A stretch of DNA of 62,826 nt from Candidatus Limnocylindria bacterium (GCA_035701185.1 DASSNX010000112.1:1-62826), one strand, 5' to 3'; shown: positions 26,429-35,509, counted from the first letter of the stretch. Program-made: numbers and translations. The notes: generated from the letters alone by a model not told the origin.

Positions 26429-28864
26429 TCAGCGGATGACGGCGCCCAGATGGTGCTGCAGCGTGCCGCGCAGCCGCTTCATGGCGCGCTCCACGCCCTT
26501 CTCGTCGCCAGCAGTCTCCGGCTGGAAGCGGAGCGCGATGGCGTACGAGACCCGTCCCTCCCCGACCTGGGTGCCGCGGTACTCGTCGAAGACGCGGGCC
26601 TCGACCAGCGTCGGCCCTCCGCTGGCGCGCAGGATGCGCAGGACCTCGCCCAGCGGCGTCGCCTCGTCCACCGACAGCGCCAGGTCGCGGTCGATCGGCT
26701 GCGCAGCGGGGATCGGCACCGCCAGTTGCTCGGCGGGCACCTGTTCCAGCAGCTGCCCGAGGTTGAGGGCCGCGAGCACCGGCCGTCCCGGCAGGCCCCA
26801 CGCGTCGGCGACCGTCGGATGCACCTCGCCCACGCTGCCGTAGGCGCTGCCGCCGGCGTCCGTCACGAGCGCCGCGCGTCCCGGATGCAGGTGCGGATGA
26901 CGCCGGTCCGGTGGCTCGGCGAGGTAGGCCGGCGGATGCGCACCAAGTGCGGCGTGCAGGGCCTCGATCAGCCCCTTGAGCGTCGCGACGTCGGCCGGCG
27001 GGACCTCGCCGTCCGGCGTGCGCGGCAGCTCGGGTCCCAGCAGCGCAATCCCGACGTGCCACGCCTCCCAGCGTCCGGTGCCGGCCGTCTCTGCGCCGGG
27101 CGGCCCCTTCCGCGGCGACATCCAGTACGTCTTCCCCACCTCGAACAGCCACGGATCGTTGCGCCGCTGCCGAACGTTCTCCGCCAGCGCGGCGAGGAGG
27201 GAGGGGTACATGGAAGGGCGCATGATGGAGTGCTGCTCCGACAGCGGATTGGCCAGCCGGACAAGGTCCACGTCGGTGGCGTCGTAGCCGCTGCGCGCCA
27301 GGTCATCGGGGCCGATCAGCGCGTGGCTCACCACCTCGTCCAGCCCCAGCCCGGCCAGGATGCGCCGGACCCGGTGCCGCGGCTCGGACGGGTCGGGGCG
27401 ATAGGCCGGCAGCGCCGGGGCCGGCAGGCGTCCCGGGATGCGGTCATAGCCGTGGGCGCGGGCGATCTCCTCTGCCACGTCCTCCGGTGCCACCACGTCC
27501 AGCCGCTGGCCGGGCACGACCACCTCCAGCGGCCCGTCGCCGCGCACCTCGAAGCCCAGCGGCGCGAGCAGTTGTCGCACCGCATCGGCCTTCAGGCTGA
27601 TCCCCAGCAGGCGCTCGGTGCGCGCCAGGTCGAGGGCCACGATGCGCGGCGGCCGCGGTGCCGGGTCGTTGTCCACGATCCCCGACCCCACGCTCGCACC
27701 GGTGATCTCGGCGATCAGCCGCGCCGCGCGATCCGCGGCGTAGCGCGGCAGGTCGTGGCCGATGCCCTTCTCGTGGCGCATGCTCGCCTCCGAGCGCAGG
27801 GCGAGCCGGCGGGCCGTGTTGCGGATGGTCGGGCCGTGGAAGATGGCCGACTCCAGGATCACCCGCTCCGTCGCCTCGGTCACCTCGGTGCCGGCGCCGC
27901 CCATGATCCCGGCCAATCCAATCGGCTTCGTCTCGTCGGCGATCACCAGCATCCGCTCGTCGAGCTGCCGCGTCTCGTGGTCGATCGTCTCGAGGGTCTC
28001 GCCGGCTCGTCCCCGCCGCACCACGATCGTGCCGTGCGGGATGGTATCGGCGTCATACGCGTGCATCGGCTGCCCCAGCTCGTGCATCACGTAGTTCGTC
28101 ACGTCCACCACCGCCGAGATCGGCCGCATCCCGGCCGCCAGCAGACGCTGCTGCATCCAGGGCGGTGACGCCCCGTTGCGCACGCCGTCGAACCAGCGGG
28201 CGGTGAATCGCGGGCACGCCTCGTCCTCGATCCGGACGCTGACGTGGTCCGCCGTCGCGAGCTCGCCATCCTCGTGGACCGATGCGTCCGGCAGGCGCAG
28301 CTCCCCGCCGGTAATCGCCGCCACCTCGCGGGCCAGGCCGACCATGGAGAGGGCGTCGCCGCGGTTGGGCTTCACGTCGACGTCCAGCACCACCTCGCCC
28401 ACGATTGGGCCCAGGTCCGCGCCCAGCGGCAGCTCGTCGTCTGCACCACCCAGCAGGTGAATCCCCTCGGCGTCGTCGCCCAGCCCGAGCTCGATGGCCG
28501 AGCACAGCATCCCCTGCGATTCGACGCCGCGGATCTTCGAGCGCTCGATGCGCCGATCCCCCGGCAGCACGGCACCGACCAGCGCCACCGGCACGAGCTG
28601 GCCGGGCGCGATGTTGTTGGCGCCGCACACGATCTGGAGCGGTTCACCGCCCGCGCCCACGTCCACTGTCGTCAGCCACAGCTTGTCCGCGTTCGGATGG
28701 CGCTCGACGGTGAGCAGCCGGCCGACGACGACATCGGTCCAGTCCGCCCCGGTCACGCTGATGCCCTGCACCTCCATGCCGCGCAGGGTGAGCTGCTCCG
28801 CCAGGCGCTCAGGTGCCAGGTCGACGTCGACGTACTCGCGCAGCCAGGAGAGCGGGACGAGCAT
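26429..28864 (-). CDS. pheT: phenylalanine--tRNA ligase beta subunit
   Basis: 811 aa. MLVPLSWLREYVDV, a tRNA-binding domain, and B3/4, B5 and FDX-ACB blocks. Starts directly after the pheS stop. Confidence 0.95.
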   Translation of the reverse strand: MLVPLSWLREYVDVDLAPERLAEQLTLRGMEVQGISVTGADWTDVVVGRLLTVERHPNADKLWLTTVDVGAGGEPLQIVCGANNIAPGQLVPVALVGAVLPGDRRIERSKIRGVESQGMLCSAIELGLGDDAEGIHLLGGADDELPLGADLGPIVGEVVLDVDVKPNRGDALSMVGLAREVAAITGGELRLPDASVHEDGELATADHVSVRIEDEACPRFTARWFDGVRNGASPPWMQQRLLAAGMRPISAVVDVTNYVMHELGQPMHAYDADTIPHGTIVVRRGRAGETLETIDHETRQLDERMLVIADETKPIGLAGIMGGAGTEVTEATERVILESAIFHGPTIRNTARRLALRSEASMRHEKGIGHDLPRYAADRAARLIAEITGASVGSGIVDNDPAPRPPRIVALDLARTERLLGISLKADAVRQLLAPLGFEVRGDGPLEVVVPGQRLDVVAPEDVAEEIARAHGYDRIPGRLPAPALPAYRPDPSEPRHRVRRILAGLGLDEVVSHALIGPDDLARSGYDATDVDLVRLANPLSEQHSIMRPSMYPSLLAALAENVRQRRNDPWLFEVGKTYWMSPRKGPPGAETAGTGRWEAWHVGIALLGPELPRTPDGEVPPADVATLKGLIEALHAALGAHPPAYLAEPPDRRHPHLHPGRAALVTDAGGSAYGSVGEVHPTVADAWGLPGRPVLAALNLGQLLEQVPAEQLAVPIPAAQPIDRDLALSVDEATPLGEVLRILRASGGPTLVEARVFDEYRGTQVGEGRVSYAIALRFQPETAGDEKGVERAMKRLRGTLQHHLGAVIR

Positions 28865-29938
28865 CTAACGGCCCCCCGCGAACTGGCGGATGAAGCGCAG
28901 GTCGGCACCCATCAGCTGACGCATGTTGGTGATGCCGTGCCGGTTCATGGCCACGCGGTCGAGGCCGAAGCCGATGGCGTAGCCCTGGTATTCGTCGGGA
29001 TCCAGCCCGCCGTTGCGGATCACGGTCGGATGCACCATCCCGGCGCCCAGGATCGTGACCCAGCCCTTGCGCTGGCAGACCGGGCAGCCAACGCCGCCGC
29101 ACACCTGGCAGCTGATGTCGAATGCCACGCTCGGCTCGGTGAACGGGTAGTAGCCCGGCCGGAAACGCGTGCGGGTCTCACTGCCGTACAGGGCGCGGGC
29201 GAACTCCTCCAGCATGCCCTTCAGGTCGGCCAGGCTGGTGTCGCGGTCGATGACCAGGCCTTCGATCTGGAAGAACTCGAAGTTGCGGTCGGCCGCCACG
29301 TTCTCGTAGCGGAAGCAGCGGCCCGGCATGATCACCCGGATGGGCGGCGTCAGCGCCTTCATCGCCCGGATCTGCTCCGGCGAGGTGTGGGTCCGCAGGA
29401 TGGTGCCGTCCTCCGCGGGCCGCGGCGGGTCGCTGCCGGGCTCGGCGATGTACAGCGTGTCCCACAGGTCGCGGGCCGGATGATCGGGCGGAATGTTGAG
29501 CGCCTCGAAGTTCCACCACTCGGTCTCGATCTCCGGGCCCTCGAACACCTCGAAGCCGAAGGCGTGGAAGATCTCGCGGAAGTCGCGCTCGGCGGTCATG
29601 GTCGGATGGAGGTGGCCGATGCGCACCGGCCGGCCCGGGGCGCTCATGTCCAGCCGCTCGGCCTCCAGCCGGGCCTCCAAGGCGCCAGCCGATACCTCGG
29701 TCAGCCGAGCGGCGATCGCCTCTTCGAGCTGGCCGCGCACCTCGTTGGCCAGCTGCCCCAGCGCCGGTCGCTCGTCGGCTGGCGCCTGGCCCAGGCTGCG
29801 CATCAGGCCCGTCAGCTCGCCGGAGCGTCCCAGCAGCGCGTGGCGCACCTCCTCGACCGCGGCGACATCCGCCGCCGCCGCCAGGCGGGCGGTGGCATCG
29901 GTCCTGAGCTGTTCGAGCCGTTGTCGAAGATCGTTCAT
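28865..29938 (-). CDS. pheS: phenylalanine--tRNA ligase alpha subunit
   Basis: Trimmed to the ATG at 29938 (MNDLRQRLEQL). HPARDLWDT, FRYE....R..EFFQIEG and GLDRVAM are class II motifs. Confidence 0.95.
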   Translation of the reverse strand: MNDLRQRLEQLRTDATARLAAAADVAAVEEVRHALLGRSGELTGLMRSLGQAPADERPALGQLANEVRGQLEEAIAARLTEVSAGALEARLEAERLDMSAPGRPVRIGHLHPTMTAERDFREIFHAFGFEVFEGPEIETEWWNFEALNIPPDHPARDLWDTLYIAEPGSDPPRPAEDGTILRTHTSPEQIRAMKALTPPIRVIMPGRCFRYENVAADRNFEFFQIEGLVIDRDTSLADLKGMLEEFARALYGSETRTRFRPGYYPFTEPSVAFDISCQVCGGVGCPVCQRKGWVTILGAGMVHPTVIRNGGLDPDEYQGYAIGFGLDRVAMNRHGITNMRQLMGADLRFIRQFAGGR

Positions 29939-29960
29939 CGGTCCATGCGGATCATCGGCC

Positions 29961-29996
29961 AAAAACGAACGACCCCGCTCCGCATTCGGAGCAGGG
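29961..29996 (-). terminator. intrinsic terminator / attenuator between rplT and pheS
   Basis: The minus-strand RNA reads CCCUGCUCCG-AAUG-CGGAGCGGGG. This is a 10-bp stem with one mismatch (29973-29982 / 29987-29996), followed by UCGUUCGUUUUU. Confidence 0.5.
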
Positions 29997-30023
29997 CCGT
30001 GGTGCCGGCGTACGCGACGCCGG

Positions 30024-30383
30024 CTAGCTGGTAAAGGACGCCTTGGCGGTTTCGACCATGCTGGCGAAGGCCGCCGGCTCGCGGACTGCCAGGTCGGCAA
30101 GCACCTTGCGATCGACCTCGACGCCCGCCTGCTTCAGGCCGGCGATGAATCGCCCGTACGGGAGGCCGTGACTGCGCGCAGCGGCGTTGATGCGCTCGAT
30201 CCAGAGCCTGCGCATGTCGCGCTTCCGTGCCTTGCGGTCGCGGTAGGCGTACACGAGGGCATGGAACAGGGCCTCGCGGGCCGGCCGGACCAGCGTGGAG
30301 CGGGTGCCCCGACGGCCCTTGGCCTGGGCCAGCAGCCGCTTGTGGCGGCGGTGGGCGGCGACGCCGCGCTTGACGCGTGCCAT
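30024..30383 (-). CDS. rplT: 50S ribosomal protein L20
   Basis: [23 protein letters not shown]. Confidence 0.97.
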   Translation of the reverse strand: MARVKRGVAAHRRHKRLLAQAKGRRGTRSTLVRPAREALFHALVYAYRDRKARKRDMRRLWIERINAAARSHGLPYGRFIAGLKQAGVEVDRKVLADLAVREPAAFASMVETAKASFTS

Positions 30384-30392
30384 CGGCCGAGC

Positions 30393-30590
30393 CTACGCGT
30401 ACGGGAGCAGCCGCTCGAGCTGCTCCTTGTGGGCCTTGGACACCACTGCCTTGCCGGCGTAGCGCCGGGTCCGGCGGCTGGACTTGATCTCGAGATGGTG
30501 GCCCCGCCACGCCTTGGGCCGAATCCACTTGCCGGATCCGGTCTTCTTGTAGCGCTTGGCGGTTCCCTTGTGGGTCTTGATCTTCGGCAC
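30393..30590 (-). CDS. rpmI: 50S ribosomal protein L35
   Basis: MPKIKTHKGTAKRYKKTGSGK. Confidence 0.95.
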   Translation of the reverse strand: MPKIKTHKGTAKRYKKTGSGKWIRPKAWRGHHLEIKSSRRTRRYAGKAVVSKAHKEQLERLLPYA

Positions 30591-30592
30591 GT

Positions 30593-31288
30593 CTATCCCT
30601 GTTCTGCCGGCTGCTGCGCGTCCTGCGGGGCCGGCGGCTCGACCGTGGCGGTCGGGGCCTGACCCTTGGCGGCGAGCGCGTCGCCGATGGTCTCGCCCCC
30701 GTTCGCCGGGGCCGCGGCCTGGGCGGCCGGCGCCTCGGCCGGACTGCCCTCGCTCTTCGGTTGCTTCTCCGGACGCTTCTCGATGGGCGCCATGACGATG
30801 TACATGTTCCGGCCCTCGAGGAGCGGTGGCCGCTCGACGGTGCCGTGCTCGGCCAGCATCTCTGCCGCCCGATCGAGCAGGTCACGTCCCAGGTTCGCGT
30901 GGCTCATCTCGCGGCCACGGAACTGGACGGTCACCTTGACGCGATCGCCCTCATCCAGGAACTGGCCCGCCCGGCGGAGTTTGGTGCGCAGGTCGTTCGT
31001 GTCGATCTTCACCCGCAGGCGGATCTCCTTGAACGTCTGTGACTTCTGCTTCTTCTTGGCCTCGCGGTCGCGCTTCTGGATCTCGTACTTGTACTGCCCG
31101 TAGTCCAGGATGCGGCACACCGGCGGGACCGCGGTGGGCGCCACCTCGACGAGGTCGAGCCCCTTCTCCTGCGCCAGGGCGAGAGCCTTGAAGGTGGGCA
31201 TGACGCCCAGCTGCTGGTTCTCGTCGTCGATGACCCGCACCTCGCGGATTCGGATCATCTCGTTAACTCGCAGGTCCCTTGCTGCTAT
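30593..31288 (-). CDS. infC: translation initiation factor IF-3, probably initiating at a non-canonical ATA codon
   Basis: The track starts at ATG 31258 (MIRIREVRV). The conserved IF-3 N-terminal block (..DLRVNE.IR.REVR) continues 10 codons upstream to ATA 31288..31286. A GAAGGAG SD (31302..31296) lies 7 nt before it, and an in-frame stop lies at 31303..31301. Confidence 0.88.
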   Translation of the reverse strand: MAARDLRVNEMIRIREVRVIDDENQQLGVMPTFKALALAQEKGLDLVEVAPTAVPPVCRILDYGQYKYEIQKRDREAKKKQKSQTFKEIRLRVKIDTNDLRTKLRRAGQFLDEGDRVKVTVQFRGREMSHANLGRDLLDRAAEMLAEHGTVERPPLLEGRNMYIVMAPIEKRPEKQPKSEGSPAEAPAAQAAAPANGGETIGDALAAKGQAPTATVEPPAPQDAQQPAEQG

Positions 31289-31362
31289 GCCGCGACTCCT
31301 TCAACAAACAGGCCACCAGCCGATACCGACGGGTGGCCGACATCCATGCGAAACGCCGACGG

Positions 31363-31391
31363 ATTCTACCCGGATCGGCGGATGGGGTCAA
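31363..31391 (-). promoter_or_regulatory. sigma-70-type promoter for infC-rpmI-rplT
   Basis: On the minus strand, TTGACC (31391..31386), a 17-nt spacer, then TAGAAT (31368..31363). Sits 25 nt downstream of the VOC stop and about 75 nt upstream of the proposed ATA start. Confidence 0.55.
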
Positions 31392-31415
31392 CGAATGCCC
31401 GAGGGCCGCGGGCGG

Positions 31416-31781
31416 TCAGTCCGGGTAGGCGAAGAAGACGGCGACCTGGCGGCCCTCCGGATCGGCGAGGCGGAACGAGCGCGTCCCCTCCCAGCGATCG
31501 CCGGAGGGCGGCGCCACCAGCGCGAAGCCGCGCTGGGCGAGCTCCTGGGCCCAAGCGTCCACCTCGCCGGCGGTCTCGAGGCGGAAGCCGATCTGGAGCC
31601 CTTCGCGGTTGGGCCGCTCCGCCCGCCGGAAGCTGAGCTCAAAACCGCCCAGCTCCAGGTCCACACCGGTGTCGTCGGCGGCGCGGCGCACGAAGCCGAA
31701 GGCAGCTTCGTAGAACTCGGCCGCGCGCTGTGGATCGGCCGATGCCAGGGCCAGCTGCCCCACCCCCCGCATCTTCCTCAT
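31416..31781 (-). CDS. VOC (glyoxalase/bleomycin resistance) family protein
   Basis: GQLALASADPQRAAEFYEAAFGF...FRLADPEGRQVAVF. The ATG at 31781 overlaps the thrS stop (ATGA). Confidence 0.7.
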   Translation of the reverse strand: MRKMRGVGQLALASADPQRAAEFYEAAFGFVRRAADDTGVDLELGGFELSFRRAERPNREGLQIGFRLETAGEVDAWAQELAQRGFALVAPPSGDRWEGTRSFRLADPEGRQVAVFFAYPD

Positions 31782-33598
31782 GCGCCGGCGGGACCCTCCG
31801 CTGCCGGCCCATCGGCATACGGCCACAGCTCGCGGCGGTCAGCGCGGGCCGCGAGGTCAGCCACGAACTCGTCCAGCGGCACGCCCTGCGACGACTCGCC
31901 GGTGCGCAGGCGCGGTGAGACGGCCCCGGCTTCCTGGTCCCGATCCCCCACCACCAGCATCACCGGGATCTTCTGCTCCTGCGCGTCACGTACCTTGGCC
32001 TGCATCCGCTCGGAGCGGTCATCGATCTCCGAGCGCAGCCCCGCCGCGGTCAGGGCAGCCCGCACCCGCGACGCGTAGTCGACGTGCCGGTCGGCGATGG
32101 GAATGATCATGGCCTGCACCGGCGCCAGCCAGAGGGGGAAGGCCCCGGCGAAGTGCTCGGTGATGACCGCCAGGAAGCGTTCGAACGACCCATAGATGGC
32201 GTAGTGGATGATTGCCGGCCGTTCGAAACCGCCATCCGCGGCGCGGTACTCGAGGTCGAAGCGCTGGGGCAGCTGGTAGTCCAGCTGAACCGTGGCGTTC
32301 TGCCATTCCCGGCCCAGCGCGTCCTCGAAGAAGATGTCGATCTTCGGCGCGTAGAAGGCTGCGCCGCCCGGATCCAGGGTGTACGGCGTGCCGGATTCCT
32401 CGAGCGCCGTCTTCAGCTTGCCCTCCGCCATGTCCCAGAACTCGTCGGACCCGAGCCGCTTCTCCGGCCGCGTCGCCAGCTTGAAGGTCGGGGTGATGCC
32501 GAACGGCTCGAATTGCCGCCGGACGAGATCGAGCGCCAGGTTGATCTCGTCGATGACCTGGTCGTCGCGACAGAAGACGTGGGAGTCGTCCTGGACCAGC
32601 TGCCGCACTCGGAACATGCCGGACAGCGCGCCAGTCAGCTCCTTGCGGAACAGGACGGAGTAGTCGGCGAAGCGCAGCGGCAGCTCGCGGTACGAGTGCG
32701 ACCGCGTCTTGTAGATCAGGATCTCCTGCGGACAGTTCATCGGCTTCAGGCCCGACAGATGCCCGTAGTCATCCAGGACGAACATGTTGTCCTGGTACAG
32801 CTCCCAGTGGCCTGACGTCTCCCACAGCTCCTTGCGGACCAGGCTTGGGGTGCGGACCTCCACGAAGCCGCCCGACCGCCTGACCTCGCGTGACCAGTCC
32901 TCCAGCGCGCGCCAGACGGCCATGCCGCGCGGGTGGAAGAACGGCGCCGCCGGCGACTCCGGGTGGAACGTGAACAGGTCAAGGTCGCGGCCGAGCTTGC
33001 GGTGGTCGCGCTTCTTGGCCTCTTCGAGCCGCCACAGGTACCGATCCAGGTCCGCCTGGGCCTCCCAGACAGTGCCGTAGATGCGCTGCAGCATCGGCCG
33101 CTTCTCGTCGCCGCGCCAGTAGGCGCCGGCGGAGTTCAGCAGCTTGAACGGGCCCAGCTCGCCGGTGGTCTGCAGGTGCGGCCCGCGGCACAGGTCATTG
33201 AACCCGCCATGACGATAGAAGCTGATGACGTCGCCCTCGGGCAGCTCGCGGACGATCTCGACCTTGTAGTCCTGCGCCTCGTTCTCCAGCTGGTTCAGGG
33301 CCGTGGCCCGATCCAGCTCGCTGCGCTCGAAGGGCAGGTTGGCGCCGACCTGGGCGCGCATCCGCTCCTCGACCGCCTCGAGGTCGGCGGGCGTCAGCGC
33401 ACGCGGCAGGTCGAAGTCGTAGTAGAAGCCGTCCTTGATGGCCGGGCCGATGCCCAGCTTGGCCTCCGGAAACAGCTCGAGCACCGCCGCCGCCATGATG
33501 TGCGCGGCCGAGTGGCGCATGGTGTCGAGCCGGTCGTGCGCACCGGCATCGAGCAGCTCATCGGCGCCCGAACGGACCTCATCGAAGTCGATCGCCAT
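31778..33598 (-). CDS. thrS: threonine--tRNA ligase (606 aa, appears to lack the N-terminal TGS domain)
   Basis: Trimmed to the ATG at 33598 (MAIDFDEV). The editing-domain HSAAHIM starts at residue ~28. RDHRKLGRDLDLF, class II catalytic motifs and the anticodon-binding domain are present. Confidence 0.93.
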   Translation of the reverse strand: MAIDFDEVRSGADELLDAGAHDRLDTMRHSAAHIMAAAVLELFPEAKLGIGPAIKDGFYYDFDLPRALTPADLEAVEERMRAQVGANLPFERSELDRATALNQLENEAQDYKVEIVRELPEGDVISFYRHGGFNDLCRGPHLQTTGELGPFKLLNSAGAYWRGDEKRPMLQRIYGTVWEAQADLDRYLWRLEEAKKRDHRKLGRDLDLFTFHPESPAAPFFHPRGMAVWRALEDWSREVRRSGGFVEVRTPSLVRKELWETSGHWELYQDNMFVLDDYGHLSGLKPMNCPQEILIYKTRSHSYRELPLRFADYSVLFRKELTGALSGMFRVRQLVQDDSHVFCRDDQVIDEINLALDLVRRQFEPFGITPTFKLATRPEKRLGSDEFWDMAEGKLKTALEESGTPYTLDPGGAAFYAPKIDIFFEDALGREWQNATVQLDYQLPQRFDLEYRAADGGFERPAIIHYAIYGSFERFLAVITEHFAGAFPLWLAPVQAMIIPIADRHVDYASRVRAALTAAGLRSEIDDRSERMQAKVRDAQEQKIPVMLVVGDRDQEAGAVSPRLRTGESSQGVPLDEFVADLAARADRRELWPYADGPAAEGPAGA

Positions 33599-33617
33599 GC
33601 GGCGAAGGGTAGCGCCT

Positions 33618-34151
33618 TCAGACGGCCTTGAACTGCTCGAACGGCTGGTGGCAGGCCTCGCAATGGTGGATGGCACGGCACAGGGTCGGGCCGAAGGGGT
33701 TGTCCAGGGTCGTATTGCGAGAGCCGCAGTACGGGCAGGTGGCCTGCGCGATGTGCAGCTGCAGCTCCGCGCCGTCGAAGGCGGAGCCGATGAGCAGCGG
33801 CGGTGCGAAGCCGCTGGCCCGCAGCTTCTCGCGGCCCTCGGGCGTGATCCGGTCGCTGGTCCACGGCGGCGTGAACCGCAGCGGCACCACGACCTCGTCG
33901 ACGATCTCCAGTGCCGACAGCCGCTCCCCGATCTGCTGCCGCATGACGTCGATGGCCGGACACCCGACGAAGGTGGGCAGCAGCTCCACGCTGAGGCGCT
34001 CGCCGCCATCGGCTCGGGGTTCGAAGGCCACCTGGCCGATGACGCCCAGCTCGACGACGCTGATGGCCGGGATCTCCGGATCGGCCACCTCCTCGAGCGC
34101 CGCCCAGACAGCCAGCGCGCGAGGGTCGTGCCGCGGCGCTCGGGCTACCAC
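33618..34151 (-). CDS. paaD: 1,2-phenylacetyl-CoA epoxidase subunit PaaD-like (DUF59/SufT-like N-domain + Cys-rich C-terminus)
   Basis: VADPEIPAISVVELGVI, PTFVGCPA, CPYCGS....FGPT.CRAIHHCEAC.QPFE.FK. Confidence 0.8.
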   Translation of the reverse strand: MVARAPRHDPRALAVWAALEEVADPEIPAISVVELGVIGQVAFEPRADGGERLSVELLPTFVGCPAIDVMRQQIGERLSALEIVDEVVVPLRFTPPWTSDRITPEGREKLRASGFAPPLLIGSAFDGAELQLHIAQATCPYCGSRNTTLDNPFGPTLCRAIHHCEACHQPFEQFKAV

Positions 34152-34918
34152 GTGGCACCCACTTCGGAGCGGGCGACCATGGTGAACTGGCCGTGCAGCC
34201 AGGCGAAGTCATCGGTCCGTCGCGTGCGCCCGTCGTCGGAAGGCGCCACCTCGGCGAGGGCCGGCAGGCCGACGGCCGCCAGGCCGGCGCGGACCCGCTC
34301 CTGCCACGTGCCGCGCAGCTCCGCCAGCGGCGCCGGCAGGATGCCGGCCGCCAGCAGTGCTTCCTCGCCGACGAGTGGCTGGAAGATGGACTGCGCGTCG
34401 GGCCACAGCCGCTCCACGGCGGACAGGAGCCGCGCCCGGGCGTCCTCCCCGGCCTCGGCCAGCCGTCGCAGCCAGACATCGAAATGCATGAGGTGGTACG
34501 TCTCCTCGCGCCGCATCTTGGCGGCCAGCTCGGCGATCGGCACGTACGACGAGCGCACCAGCGCCTCCAGTCGGACGGCATCGGCCTGCTCGTAGAGGTA
34601 ACGGCGTGCCACCGTGAAGGCCCAGTCGGTGCGCGCGTGGTTCAGGAACGCCGCGTGCCGGTATTCGTCCGCGGCGCGCCCGAAGGCCAGCCGGTCAGCG
34701 TCGTCATCGGTCAGGTTGGCCAGCAGCTCGTACCACGCCCGGGCATGCCCGATCTCGTCCTGGCTGATGCTGCTCATGGCCACGTCCTCCTCGAGCATCG
34801 GCGCGATGCCGGTCCACTCGGAGTCCCAGAAGCCGATGACGAACTCGTCGTCGGCGAGCGTCAGCAGCAGCTCGGCCGCGGCGTCGCGGGTCGCGGGCGC
34901 CAGCGTCTCGGCGGTCAC
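34145..34918 (-). CDS. paaC: 1,2-phenylacetyl-CoA epoxidase subunit PaaC-like
   Basis: Trimmed to the GTG at 34918, which overlaps the paaB stop (GTGA). LADDEFVIGFWDSEWTGIAPMLEEDVAMSSISQDEIGHA. Confidence 0.8.
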   Translation of the reverse strand: MTAETLAPATRDAAAELLLTLADDEFVIGFWDSEWTGIAPMLEEDVAMSSISQDEIGHARAWYELLANLTDDDADRLAFGRAADEYRHAAFLNHARTDWAFTVARRYLYEQADAVRLEALVRSSYVPIAELAAKMRREETYHLMHFDVWLRRLAEAGEDARARLLSAVERLWPDAQSIFQPLVGEEALLAAGILPAPLAELRGTWQERVRAGLAAVGLPALAEVAPSDDGRTRRTDDFAWLHGQFTMVARSEVGATW

Positions 34919-35226
34919 CCGTCTTCCCCGCTTTGCGTGGCGCGGGCCTTGGCCGCCTCCAGCTTGTGCTTGATGATGTAGCCCCCCGGGCGCTTGTAGG
35001 ACCGATCGAACGGCGGCTGCAGCAGGTCGGGGTCGTCCAGCTCGACGATCGCGTCTCGCGGCACCACCCATAGCCGATGGCTCTCCTGGCGTCGCCCGTA
35101 GAACTCGCGTGCGTAGTGCAGCGCCAGCTCCTCGTCGGGTGCGCGCACGTTCCCGCCGTGCACCATCGGATCGCCCTCCGACTCCTGCCGGAAGACCTCC
35201 CAGACCCGATCCACTGGCCCGCTCAC
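34915..35226 (-). CDS. paaB: 1,2-phenylacetyl-CoA epoxidase subunit PaaB-like
   Basis: 103 aa. WEVF.R......H.G.V.A.D.E.AL..ARE.Y.RR is typical of PaaB. Confidence 0.85.
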   Translation of the reverse strand: MSGPVDRVWEVFRQESEGDPMVHGGNVRAPDEELALHYAREFYGRRQESHRLWVVPRDAIVELDDPDLLQPPFDRSYKRPGGYIIKHKLEAAKARATQSGEDG

Positions 35227-35509
35227 GCTCCGAAGCGTACCCCCGGCCCTGGCCTTGCGCCACGGCCCGCCTGCTGTCAGGCCTCCTGGAGGTGCGGGGT
35301 GCGAATGGACGCAGCGTTACGTCGGTCCGGCGGGCTGTGTGGAGAGAGGACCGGCAGAGGCTGAGTACGACTTCGCGTCGCCGGGCCGTTATGTGCGGCC
35401 ACCGACCACCATTGCGCTACGGGGATGCGCATGGCGCACCTGGGAACGAATTTCCCCACGGAAGGTCGGTCGTGGGCGACATCTCGATGCTCGCGGCGCT
35501 GCCGGAGCT

